From assembly GCA_903892515.1 (NCBI GenBank), contig CAITIS010000057.1, positions 143,067 through 207,066 on the forward strand: DNA of 64,000 bases. Direction: 5' to 3'. This DNA is from an uncultured Planctomycetota bacterium (GTDB taxonomy: Bacteria > Planctomycetota > Phycisphaerae > SM23-33). The notes beneath the pieces are model-generated. The model saw only the letters and a program-made list of their open reading frames with translations. It did not search any database and was not told the DNA's origin. Each line of letters opens with the position of its first letter. Within the stretch, counting starts at the first letter, position 1. Position numbers and translations under genes: made by a program. Positions 35,772 through 46,967 of the stretch are shown here, in pieces.

Positions 35772-38420
35772 ATGAGCGACATGCAGAAGAATCTCGACCT
35801 GCTGGCGGACCTCAGTTCGCGGCTGATCGGCCTGGACGTGGCCGACAAGCCGGCGATCATTGCCGCCGGCGCCGATCTGGAGGCACTGAAAGCCTCTTGC
35901 GCAACCGTCGCGCCGGCCTGTGCGTACCTGAAGCTGGCCTTGGACACTCTTCAGGCGGCGTATCAGGAGGAACTGGCCCATCCGCATCCGGCCATGCTGG
36001 TGGCGGCCCGGGCGATGACGCTGGCTCTTGGCCATGTCCGCGCCGGCACCGAGCGAATTCCCGCCCCGGACCACGCCGAACTCGACGCCTTGGCCACGGC
36101 GGCCAGGCAATGCCGGGTCGATGCCAAACCAGCCAAGTCGCTGGACCTGCGAACGATCCTGAATGGCTTGGCGGCGCGATTCATGATTATCAGCTCCGAT
36201 GACGCCCAGGGCCTGTCGGGCTTTCACGGCGAACTGGTGAAGTTGTGCTGCCAGGCCACAGGCGACGCGCAGGTGGCCGCGGCTTTGGCCCAGGCTGCGG
36301 GGGCGTTGGTCGGCGTTGTGACTCAGACGGCCACCTCGGCCGATGACGCGATCGCCTCGGCATCGGCCCACCTCGAATCGGCCATGCAGGCTGCGGAATC
36401 CGAGCCGGTGCAAGAGGCCGGCGAGGCGGAGTCTGCGGAGGCTTCGCCACTCAACGATGCAGAGATCGAGCCGCCGCTGGCATCGGCCGAACCACTTGCG
36501 GCCGCCCCTTGCGAACCGGCGGCCCCAAAGGTTGATGCGGCCAGCGTTGTCGCCTCCAGCCAGCCCGCGGAACCGCCGGCAAACAGCGCTGGCAAAGCGA
36601 TTGCCGCCGTGGTCAGCACCCAAGCCAGGATTCTGCCCGCCGACGCGGACACGGAGTTGATCAAGGAATACATGACCGAGTCGTTGGAGCACATCGCCGC
36701 CGGCGAGGTCGCGCTGCTGTCGCTGGAGAAAGACCCTGCCCAGGCCGAGCCGATCAACGTCATCTTCCGCGCATTCCACACTATCAAGGGCACCAGCGGT
36801 TTCATGGGGCTGGAGGACATCCAGCGGCTGGCCCACGTGGCCGAGAGCCTGCTCGATCGCGCCCGCACGGGCGAGATTCAGGTGGTGGGCGTCCACGCCG
36901 ACCTGTCGCTGCGGGCCTGCGACATGCTGCGAAGCATGATCCAGGGGCTTGAAGGCTTGAAGCCCGGCGACCCGATCACGATTCCCGAGGGCCTGGCTGA
37001 GTTGACGGGGCAGTTGAAAGACCCCACAACCGCTGCACCGCAAGCGCCTGACCGGCTGAGACTGGGCGACATCCTGGTGGCCCAGGGCAAGGTCGAGCGG
37101 ACCGCGGTAGAAGAGACGGTGCAGCAGCAGGGCTCGGCGCTGCTGGGCGAGGCCCTGGTCCGCGACGGCAAGGCCGGGGCTGCCGACGTGGTCAAGGCGC
37201 TGCGGACGCAGAAAGAGGCCTCCGGCCAGCCGGCGGGCGAATCGGCCATCCGCGTGAACACCCAGCGGCTTGACCAGGTCATAGACACCATGGGCGAGTT
37301 AGTGATCGCGCACGCCATGGTCGCGCAAGACCCGATGTTGCGCAGCCGCAGCCAGGAATATGCCCAACTGGCGCGGAACATCGCCCATGCCAGCAAGATC
37401 ATTCGCGAGTTGCAGGACCTGAGCATGTCGCTGCGGATGGTGCCGCTCAAGGCCACCTTCCAGAAAATGGCCCGGTTGGTGCGCGACGTGGCACGCAAGT
37501 CCGGCAAGCAGGTCGAACTTGTCACCGAGGGCGAGGACACCGAGATCGACCGCAACATGGTGGACATGCTCAACGACCCTCTCGTCCACATGATTCGCAA
37601 CGCCGTCGATCACGGCGTTGAGGCGCCCGAGGTCCGCCAGCAGGGCGGCAAGAACCCCACCGGCACCGTTACGATCCGGGCCTACCACTCGGCCGGCAGC
37701 GTCGTCATCGAGCTGCGCGACGACGGCAAGGGACTCGACCGCGAGAAGCTGCTGAAGAAGGCGCGCGAGCGCGGCCTGGTGGCCGACGGCTCGGAACTTA
37801 GCGATCGCGAGGTCTTTGAACTGATCTTCGCGCCGGGCTTTTCGACGGCAGAGGTGGTCAGTGACGTCTCAGGCCGGGGCGTGGGCATGGACGTGGTGCG
37901 GAAGAATGTGCAGGCCCTGCGCGGGCAGGTGGACATTGCCTCGACGCTGGGGGCCGGTTCGCTGTTCACGGTGCGGCTGCCGCTGACGATGGCGATCATC
38001 GACGCGATGGTCGTGCACGTTTCCCGCGAGCGATACCTGCTGCCCATCGTCTCGGTGGAGCAGAGTTTCCGCCCCAAGGCCGGGGCCATGTCCACGGTGG
38101 TGGGCAAGGGCGAGATGGTGAGGTTGCGCAACGAACTGCTGCCGGTCCTGCGGCTGCACAAGCTCTTTGGGCTTACCGGCGCGGTGGAAGACGCTTCGGC
38201 GGGGCTCATGATCGTCGTGCAGGCGTCCGGCGGCCGGTGCGCCATACTGGTCGATGAACTGCTGGGCCAACAGCAGGTGGTGATCAAGTCGCTGGGGCGT
38301 TCGTTGGCCAACGTGCCGGGCGTGGCCGGAGCGGCCATCCTGGGCGACGGCAGGGTGGGATTGATTCTCGAACCGGCGGCGTTGACATCCGCCGGCCGGT
38401 CGGATGTACAGGCGGCGTAG
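35772..38420 (+). CDS. cheA: Chemotaxis histidine kinase
   Basis: Hpt IFRAFHTIKG, dimerisation LDQVIDTMGELVI, HATPase HMIRNAVDHG/DDGKG/GFST/GRGVGMD, CheW-like C-terminus. Confidence 0.96.
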   Translation: MSDMQKNLDLLADLSSRLIGLDVADKPAIIAAGADLEALKASCATVAPACAYLKLALDTLQAAYQEELAHPHPAMLVAARAMTLALGHVRAGTERIPAPDHAELDALATAARQCRVDAKPAKSLDLRTILNGLAARFMIISSDDAQGLSGFHGELVKLCCQATGDAQVAAALAQAAGALVGVVTQTATSADDAIASASAHLESAMQAAESEPVQEAGEAESAEASPLNDAEIEPPLASAEPLAAAPCEPAAPKVDAASVVASSQPAEPPANSAGKAIAAVVSTQARILPADADTELIKEYMTESLEHIAAGEVALLSLEKDPAQAEPINVIFRAFHTIKGTSGFMGLEDIQRLAHVAESLLDRARTGEIQVVGVHADLSLRACDMLRSMIQGLEGLKPGDPITIPEGLAELTGQLKDPTTAAPQAPDRLRLGDILVAQGKVERTAVEETVQQQGSALLGEALVRDGKAGAADVVKALRTQKEASGQPAGESAIRVNTQRLDQVIDTMGELVIAHAMVAQDPMLRSRSQEYAQLARNIAHASKIIRELQDLSMSLRMVPLKATFQKMARLVRDVARKSGKQVELVTEGEDTEIDRNMVDMLNDPLVHMIRNAVDHGVEAPEVRQQGGKNPTGTVTIRAYHSAGSVVIELRDDGKGLDREKLLKKARERGLVADGSELSDREVFELIFAPGFSTAEVVSDVSGRGVGMDVVRKNVQALRGQVDIASTLGAGSLFTVRLPLTMAIIDAMVVHVSRERYLLPIVSVEQSFRPKAGAMSTVVGKGEMVRLRNELLPVLRLHKLFGLTGAVEDASAGLMIVVQASGGRCAILVDELLGQQQVVIKSLGRSLANVPGVAGAAILGDGRVGLILEPAALTSAGRSDVQAA

Positions 38421-38519
38421 CGGCTCTGTGTGCGAACGTAGTTGGGCATTGATGGGGCAGGCTTCGTGCCTGGGCTGCACAGTCTGAAAGGCTGTGCCAC
38501 CTGACGCCCATGCCACGAG

Positions 38520-39434
38520 ATGGAGGAACGCGTGTTCCGTTCAACGCGATCGAGTGAAGAAAACGTCGCACTGCTGGCCAAGTCGCCGTCGCAACGCATC
38601 GACGAGAGCGACGTTCTCGGCCCGCAGCTCAGCGACGCGATGTTTGAAGAGATCAGCACGCTGGTCAAGAGCATCTGCGGCATCAACCTGCACGAGGGCA
38701 AGAAGCAACTGGTCAAAGCCCGGCTCAACAAGCGGCTGCGGGCCACCAACCTGCCCACGTACGAGGCCTATCTGGACCATGTTCGCTCTGACGTCAACGG
38801 CGACGAGTTGACGGTCATGCTGGACTCGCTCTCGACCAACCTGACGCAGTTCTTCCGCGAGCCCAAGCACTTTGAGCACCTTCGCGGCACCGTGCTGCCC
38901 GAGGTCGTGCGCCGGAGGAGCCAGGAGCGGCAGATCCGCATCTGGTCGGCAGGTTGTTCGTCGGGCGAAGAGCCATATTCCATCGCAATCGTGTTGCGCG
39001 AGCACCTGGGCAAGAGCGACTGGAACGCGGCCGTGCTGGCGACGGACCTGTCCACGCGCATGCTGCACCGGGCCAAGCAGGGCGTGTACGAGTCAATGCG
39101 TCTGCGCGACGTGCCCGCCGGGCTGCTGTCCAAGCACTTCCAGCTCATCGAGGCCCGGCCCGCGCGGCGGTACCAGGTGGCGCCGGAGGTGCGGCAGATG
39201 GTGCACTTTGCGCGGCTCAACCTGATGGAGCGTTGGCCGATGCACGGGCCGTTTGACGCCATCTTCTGCCGCAACGTGATGATCTACTTCGACAAGCCCA
39301 CGCAGGAGCGGCTGGTGCAGCGGTTCTGGGAGATTCTGGCCCCGGGCGGCACGCTGTTTTTGGGGCATTCGGAGAGCCTGGCCGGCGTGAAGCATCGTTT
39401 TCACTACATTCAACCGACGGTGTACAACAAATGA
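38520..39434 (+). CDS. cheR: MCP methyltransferase
   Basis: TNLTQFFRE, IWSAGCSSGEEPYSIA, FCRNVMIYF, GHSESL. Confidence 0.96.
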   Translation: MEERVFRSTRSSEENVALLAKSPSQRIDESDVLGPQLSDAMFEEISTLVKSICGINLHEGKKQLVKARLNKRLRATNLPTYEAYLDHVRSDVNGDELTVMLDSLSTNLTQFFREPKHFEHLRGTVLPEVVRRRSQERQIRIWSAGCSSGEEPYSIAIVLREHLGKSDWNAAVLATDLSTRMLHRAKQGVYESMRLRDVPAGLLSKHFQLIEARPARRYQVAPEVRQMVHFARLNLMERWPMHGPFDAIFCRNVMIYFDKPTQERLVQRFWEILAPGGTLFLGHSESLAGVKHRFHYIQPTVYNK

Positions 39435-39958
39435 GTGTACTGTGCCAACATTCCGATCAGGCGGGCGCCAAGGTGGTCGTCGGCGTGGCGGACATGAAAG
39501 TGTCGGATCGCCGCGGCGACGTGCTGGTCACGCACGCACTGGGCAGTTGCCTGGGCGTGGCGGTGTATGACCCCACGGCGCAGGTCGGCGGGCTGCTGCA
39601 CGTCATGATGCCATCCTCCGAAGCCAATCCGGAGAAGGCCGCCGCCAATCCGTACATGTTTGTGGATACCGGCGTGCCCGCGTTCTTCCGCGCCCTCTAT
39701 GCAGCCGGCGGCATGAAGGGACGCCTGCAGGTCCGGGTGGCCGGCGGGGCGGCCTCGCACAGCGGCAGCGCGGGTGGGGGCGAGGACTACTTCGCCATCG
39801 GCAAACGCAACTTCGTGATGCTGCGGAAGATCTTCTGGAAAAACGGCATCTTGATCCGCGGCGAGGACGTCGGAGGCAGCCAGCCCAGAACGATGTACCT
39901 GGAAATCGGCACCGGGCGGGTGTGGCTGCATAGTGGCGGGATCGAAAAAGAACTTTAG
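39431..39958 (+). CDS. cheD: Chemoreceptor glutamine deamidase
   Basis: THALGSCLGV, GGLLHVMMP, IGKRN, EDVGG. Confidence 0.94.
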   Translation: MSVLCQHSDQAGAKVVVGVADMKVSDRRGDVLVTHALGSCLGVAVYDPTAQVGGLLHVMMPSSEANPEKAAANPYMFVDTGVPAFFRALYAAGGMKGRLQVRVAGGAASHSGSAGGGEDYFAIGKRNFVMLRKIFWKNGILIRGEDVGGSQPRTMYLEIGTGRVWLHSGGIEKEL

Positions 39959-39999
39959 ACGCTGCCGGGCCCGAGCCTGAGCGAGCGAGAGGTGAGAAA

Positions 40000-40375
40000 A
40001 TGGCCCTGAACGTATTGGTTGTGGATGATTCGGCGGTGGCGCGAAGCATGATGATCCGGACGCTGCGGATGTCAGGCCTGCCGCTGGGCGAGGTTTTCCA
40101 GGCTGGCAACGGCCAGGAAGGCCTGGCGGCGCTGGAACAAAACTGGGTCGATCTGGTGCTGGTGGATATCAACATGCCCATCATGGACGGCGAACAGATG
40201 CTCAGCGCCGTCCGCAACAATCCGCTCTGGAAGGATCTGCCCGTGATCGTGGTCTCCACCGAGGGCAGCCAGACTCGCATCGAGCGGCTGCGATCCGAAG
40301 GCGCCAGCTTCGTGCATAAGCCGTTTACGCCCGAAATCGTTAGTTCCATTGTGCTTGAACTGACAGGAGTGGCCC

Positions 40376-40386
<11 letters not shown>
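40000..40386 (+). CDS. cheY: CheY-like response regulator (second copy)
   Basis: VVDDS, DINMPIMDG, VSTEG, HKPF. Confidence 0.85.
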
Positions 40387-41970
<1,584 letters not shown>

Positions 41971-42601
41971 CGCTGGCCGCGCCGGAGGAACGGGCCGCCG
42001 ATAGCGACGCTAACCACAAAGGCACAAAGAAGCGCCGCCACAAAGGGCACAAAGAACAGGCGAAGACTTCGAACCGGTTTCATACCCGGTTTGCCTCGTG
42101 GCACAGCCGCCCTCGGCTGTGGTCTTTGGTCGCCGGGCGTCTCGCCCGCGCGGGCAGTCTTGCCCACCTTACCTCGCCGACGCTGGCATAGGTAGAGCCG
42201 CAGGACAACGCGGCTCAACCTATGGCACCCATAGCCGGATGGGTGGCATGGTCACGCTGTTCGCGTGACCATGTGAGGATCTTCCACGCGGAGGACCTTC
42301 CACGCGGCGCTGCGTCTCCCCGTCTTCGTGGCACAGCCGCCCTCGGCTGTGGCTGTTGCGGCCAGATCAATGTCTTCTCGCGCGGTTTCACGCCCGAGGG
42401 CGGGCGTGCCACGGGTATGAAATCAGTTCTCACATTGGCTTCATGTCCTTCGTGGCTTTTCGCATTCTCGGCCTTTCTCTGTGCCTCCGTGGCAAAAGCT
42501 GTTGCCTTGTTCCGCGCCCCCGTTTTGTTTTGGCGTTTTCGTCATTGCGTGCCACAATGTCGCCTGGAGTGACGGCTGACAGATCGGCCAGGAGGCGCCT
42601 C

Positions 42602-44401
42602 ATGACGGAGCGGCTGTACACAATACATCAGGTGGCACGGATGCTCGGCGCCGACACCCGCGAAGTGGCCCAGTGGATGCAGAAATCCTGGCTGCCGTTT
42701 CGCCGGCTGCCGGAAGGCACGCTGAGAATTTCCGAGACCAACCTCATCGAATTCCTCAAAGGCCAGGGCATCGACATCCGCGATGTGCTGGGCCCCAATG
42801 CGCCGCAAACCGGCGATCTTGTGGACACCCCCGCGCCAACCACGCCGGAGCGCCCATCCGAGCGGCCGATGGCGCCGGCCCGGCCGGAGTTGGTGGCACA
42901 GGCGGGAATCGGGAATCGGGAATCGGGAAGCCGGAATCCGGAAGTCGGAATCGGGAGTCGGGAATCGGGAAGCTGGAAATCGGAAGCCGGAAGCCGGAAT
43001 CTGGAATCCGGGGTGCAGGGTCGGGCAACGACCGTGACACCGTCTGAGGCCGCGGCGCCCGTCTTGGCCATCGAAGCGAAAGATACGATCGAGGATTTGG
43101 AGGCGGCGGAACTCCGCGCCGAGGACGAGCTGGCCGAGTTGAAGAATGAATCCCGAGTGACGGAAGAATCCCCAGCGCCGGCCGGCGAAATCCAGGCCGC
43201 ACGCGTCGGGTCGGAAACATCTGGGCAGACCGCCCCGACGCCCGGCGACGCCGCGGCGCAACTGGCCCAGGCCATCTTCCGTGAAGCCCTGGCGCGAAAC
43301 GCTGAAGAGATCCACCTCGATGCCGACGGATCGGGGCTGAATCTGCGCATGCGCATTGACGGCGTGCTGCAAGGCCGCGGCGCGCTTCAGGGCCGACTGG
43401 ATGCTGCCGTGGCTCCGCAGCTTTTGGCACACCTGAAGTTTCTGGCCGGAGTGGACGTTTCATCCCGTGGCTTGCAGCGGGGGCGATTCTCCAGCCTGCT
43501 GGATGGCTCGGCCCAGGAGTTCGAACTCATCGCTTGCCCGGTCCGTCACGGCGAACGGCTGACGCTGCACGTGCTGGACAGCCAACGTGGCCTGATGAGC
43601 TTGGCCGACCTTGGCTTGGAGAGCGCCGACGAGCGACGGCTTCGCGGCCTGCTGCGGACGGCGGGGGCGATGATCCTGCTGGTCGGGCCGCCGCGGAGCG
43701 GCAAGAGCACGACGCTGCGGGCGATGGTGGCCGACCGGGCCGATCCGTCGCGCCTGGTGGCGCTGCTGGAGGCGGGCCCAAGTGCATTCGTGCCCGATGT
43801 TGCCCAGGCCACGGTCGATGCGGCGGCGGGTTTTGGCATGGCTTCGGCCGTGCAAGCCTTCGCCGCCCAGGACGCGGACATGATCGCTGCTTGCGACGTG
43901 CCCGATGCCGCCACTTGCGCCGAACTGCTCAGGAGCGCCCAGGCCGGTGCGACGGTGCTGGCAGCGCTGAATGCCCCCGACTGCGTGGCGGGCCTGGGGC
44001 GGTTGTGGGAAGTCGGTCTGGAGCGCTGGGCGACGGCGGCGAGCCTCTCGGCCATCATCACGCAGCGGACGCTCCGGCGGCTTTGTCCGGAGTGCCGGCG
44101 GCCGGTCGTGGCGGCAGAGATCCCGCCGCGCTGGGAGGCGATGCTCGAAGGCCGCGGCCCGATCTTCACGGCCTTAGGGTGCGAGCGGTGCGGCAAGAGC
44201 GGCTACTCTGGCCGGACGGGCGTATTCTCGATCCTCCATGTAGATTCTGCGTTGGGGGCGATGATCCGCCACGGCGCCGACGCGCAGGCCCTGGCGGACG
44301 CCGCGACGAGCTTTGAGTCGCTCGTCCAGGCCGGCCTAAAGAAGGTGCTGGCCGGCGAGACCTCGCTGGAGGAGTTGGATCGCGTGCTGCCGATGGCGTA
44401 G
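42602..44401 (+). CDS. Excisionase-like HTH fused to a degenerate PilB/GspE-family ATPase
   Basis: LYTIHQVARMLG...W...LP...GTLRI; AEEIHL, RIDGVL, Walker A GPPRSGKST, CPEC...CERC, GYSGRTG; Walker B and His box altered. Confidence 0.82.
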   Translation: MTERLYTIHQVARMLGADTREVAQWMQKSWLPFRRLPEGTLRISETNLIEFLKGQGIDIRDVLGPNAPQTGDLVDTPAPTTPERPSERPMAPARPELVAQAGIGNRESGSRNPEVGIGSRESGSWKSEAGSRNLESGVQGRATTVTPSEAAAPVLAIEAKDTIEDLEAAELRAEDELAELKNESRVTEESPAPAGEIQAARVGSETSGQTAPTPGDAAAQLAQAIFREALARNAEEIHLDADGSGLNLRMRIDGVLQGRGALQGRLDAAVAPQLLAHLKFLAGVDVSSRGLQRGRFSSLLDGSAQEFELIACPVRHGERLTLHVLDSQRGLMSLADLGLESADERRLRGLLRTAGAMILLVGPPRSGKSTTLRAMVADRADPSRLVALLEAGPSAFVPDVAQATVDAAAGFGMASAVQAFAAQDADMIAACDVPDAATCAELLRSAQAGATVLAALNAPDCVAGLGRLWEVGLERWATAASLSAIITQRTLRRLCPECRRPVVAAEIPPRWEAMLEGRGPIFTALGCERCGKSGYSGRTGVFSILHVDSALGAMIRHGADAQALADAATSFESLVQAGLKKVLAGETSLEELDRVLPMA

Positions 44402-44786
44402 CGGTTCGCCAGCTTCCGGTGGTGTGGGTGCGGTGGTCGCGGCGTCCAGCTGCCACGCGGGAGAGACCGCAACTGTCGGGTCGTCCGGCTTCCGTCCGCA
44501 GAACCCGCTCGCGTACTCGCGGAACCTGCGGACCCTACTTGGCTGCTTGACTGCGCGTCATCAAGACGGCCGAGAACTCATGGGCGAGACGCCCATGCCA
44601 CGCTGATCAAATCTGCTGATGGAATCGCGTTCGATGCGGAAGAATCTTCCGCTTGAGCAGGAAACTCCTTCCGGTTTGCCACCGCCTCGCAAGCTGCACG
44701 GTGCGGGCGACGTCCACACTTCTGCTGCATGCAACACGCTGGCCGGCATGACGTTGCCGCTGCGGGCGCGTCGTTCATTCCGCCTT

Positions 44787-44801
44787 TGGCACGATCATTG
44801 C
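44787..44801 (+). promoter_or_regulatory. Sigma54 -24/-12 promoter of the fliK-flg operon
   Basis: TGGCACGATCATTGC. Confidence 0.75.
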
Positions 44802-44817
44802 ATTAAGACATGCCGGA

Positions 44818-46548
44818 ATGATGCCGACATGCGTCAGTTCGACGACCCTGCCCAAGGCGGCCGGAGCTGCGCCGACTTCGACCTCGCTGGTCGATGCGGT
44901 CGCGCCCCAAGCCAACGCTGGCGCGGGTGGCGACTTCCAGGCCGTGCTGAACGCGCTGGCCGGCGGGGCGAAGGCTGCGACAACTCCCGCTGACACAGCC
45001 GCTGAATCGGCAGGCAACGCGGCGACCCCGGCAACCGCGACCGGCGAAACCGTCGCCCCAGCAACCTCGGCGGCACTGGCTGCGGCAGTGGCCGCGTATG
45101 CAACCGGCGCTTCGGAAGCCCAGGACGCCGCCGCGGAAAAGCCCGCCGACGTGGCCCATCTGGCGGCCCTTGCGTCCGCCCGCCAGCCGGAAGACGCAAC
45201 ACCGGACGCGCCGGCGACGAGCAAGCCTGACAAGAACGCCCCTCCAGCCAAGCCGACGAACGGCCGAGCTGCCGCACGCCGCGCGGCGAAAGCTTCGAAC
45301 CCTGAGGCTCAAGCCCAAGCCCAAACGAACGAAATGCCGGACGATGCCCGCGTCGTCATGGCCGCTGGCACGCCTGCGTCCGTGGTTGTGGAAGTGGCCA
45401 CGACCGCCTCAAGCGACGCGAGCACAGCCCCGGCCTCGGGCCAGTCAAACAGCAAACAGACGCAGACCGTTTCGCCGCTCTCCGGCGGATCGCTTCACCT
45501 GCCAGCCGTGCCGACCGCAAAGGCCGACGTGTCGCAGCGAGCAGGATCAACGCAATCGCAGCCCGCGCAAAGTGACGCCACTGTCGCGCCCGCTTCGGCG
45601 GCCGTCAGCGCAGCGGGGCAGAACTCCGCCGCGCCAGTCGAGCCGGAAAACAAACAACAGACTGCCGCGCGAAGCGATGCCGCAACCGCCCGCACTGAGC
45701 AGCCCTCGGCCGCTGCGGCGACTGAGCAGCGTCCACCTACAAGTACGCAGCCATCGGTCACCGCCTCGGGCGCGCAGCCATTCGCTGCCGCGGTTGCCAA
45801 TAGCGTCCGGCCCGAAGCCTCAGCGCAGCCGGTTGACGCCGACGCGCAGGCGATGAATACCGAAACCCCAGCCGTGATGGGCGCAGTCAAGAGTGGCCAC
45901 GCCACCAATCCTGATGCAGTTCAAGGGACGCGTGGGGCATCGAGCGAGCGTCGCAGCGGCCGGGCGACCGCGATTGACGCGCTACTGGCCGATGGCCGCG
46001 GGCGTCTCGCCGAAGATGCCGGGCCGGCCGAAAAGCTGGCCGCCGCCGATGCGCCGCAAACGCCGGCTCGAACCGACCGCCAAGCCTTGGTGGACCAGAT
46101 CGTCACCGGCCTGCGGGCCAGCGCCATCCAGCGAGACAAGTCCATCACCGTGCAGTTGCATCCGGTGGAACTGGGCTCGGTTCGCCTGACGGTGCGGGAC
46201 GACGGCGGCGTGCTGCGAGGCCACCTGGAAGTGGCCAACCGCTCCACGCTGGACGACGTGCGAGCCGAGACCCCGGCGCTGCTGAACCGGCTTAACGAGA
46301 GCGGCGTTCCGCTGCACCGGATCGACGTGGTGGTGAGTGCGGGCCAGTCTTCCAGCACGGCCAGCCATACCCCCAATGACTCGCGCGGCGCCTTGTCTCA
46401 GCAGCCACAGGAACAGGGCCAGCGTCAGGCCATGAACCAGAGCGCCTCCGGCGCGCTGGGCCTGCGGGCCGCCGAGCCGGTCTCGGTTCCAAGTGCCAGT
46501 GAAACCAGCGTCGCCGGTCCAGCCGGCGGCCTTAACGTGTGGATGTAA
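44818..46548 (+). CDS. fliK: Flagellar hook-length control protein
   Basis: Ala/Pro/Ser/Thr-rich low-complexity body; C-terminal QLHPVELGSV; precedes flgD. Confidence 0.85.
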   Translation: MMPTCVSSTTLPKAAGAAPTSTSLVDAVAPQANAGAGGDFQAVLNALAGGAKAATTPADTAAESAGNAATPATATGETVAPATSAALAAAVAAYATGASEAQDAAAEKPADVAHLAALASARQPEDATPDAPATSKPDKNAPPAKPTNGRAAARRAAKASNPEAQAQAQTNEMPDDARVVMAAGTPASVVVEVATTASSDASTAPASGQSNSKQTQTVSPLSGGSLHLPAVPTAKADVSQRAGSTQSQPAQSDATVAPASAAVSAAGQNSAAPVEPENKQQTAARSDAATARTEQPSAAAATEQRPPTSTQPSVTASGAQPFAAAVANSVRPEASAQPVDADAQAMNTETPAVMGAVKSGHATNPDAVQGTRGASSERRSGRATAIDALLADGRGRLAEDAGPAEKLAAADAPQTPARTDRQALVDQIVTGLRASAIQRDKSITVQLHPVELGSVRLTVRDDGGVLRGHLEVANRSTLDDVRAETPALLNRLNESGVPLHRIDVVVSAGQSSSTASHTPNDSRGALSQQPQEQGQRQAMNQSASGALGLRAAEPVSVPSASETSVAGPAGGLNVWM

Positions 46549-46557
46549 GGAGCGAAT

Positions 46558-46953
46558 ATGGCCAGTGCACCTGTGGGCAGCGTCGAGTCCGCCAGTAAGC
46601 TTCAGATCGACTATCTGAACTTGTTGGTGACCCAGCTGAAGAACCAGGATCCGACCAATCCGGTGGACAACAGCCAGATGACCAGCCAGCTGGCGCAGAT
46701 TTCGCAACTCCAGCAGATGGAGAATCTGAACAGCAACTTTTCCCAGGTTCTGGAATCGACCCAGATCATGCAGGCCAATGAGTTGATCGGGCGTCAGGTC
46801 AGCTACATGCCCTCGGGCAGCAGCACCGCGACATCGGGGCTGGTCAGCGCAGTCACCATCGACAACAACGGCGTGAGCGTCCACATCGGGAAGGATAGCG
46901 TCCCCGTGAGCAGCCTTACGTCCATTCAAGCGTATCAAAGCAACGCGCATTAG
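46558..46953 (+). CDS. flgD: Flagellar hook capping protein
   Basis: LLVTQLKNQDPTNPVDNSQMTSQLAQ, LIGRQV. Confidence 0.94.
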   Translation: MASAPVGSVESASKLQIDYLNLLVTQLKNQDPTNPVDNSQMTSQLAQISQLQQMENLNSNFSQVLESTQIMQANELIGRQVSYMPSGSSTATSGLVSAVTIDNNGVSVHIGKDSVPVSSLTSIQAYQSNAH

Positions 46954-46967
46954 CGGAAAGGATAGTC

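Noticed and set aside
42356-42601. N-terminal extension of the second HTH-ATPase
   Set aside because: It runs through repeat sequence; AGGAGG precedes ATG 42602
44804-44830. Sigma28-like TAAG-N15-GCCGACAT before fliK
   Set aside because: It overlaps the probable start codons; the adjacent sigma54 site explains the promoter better
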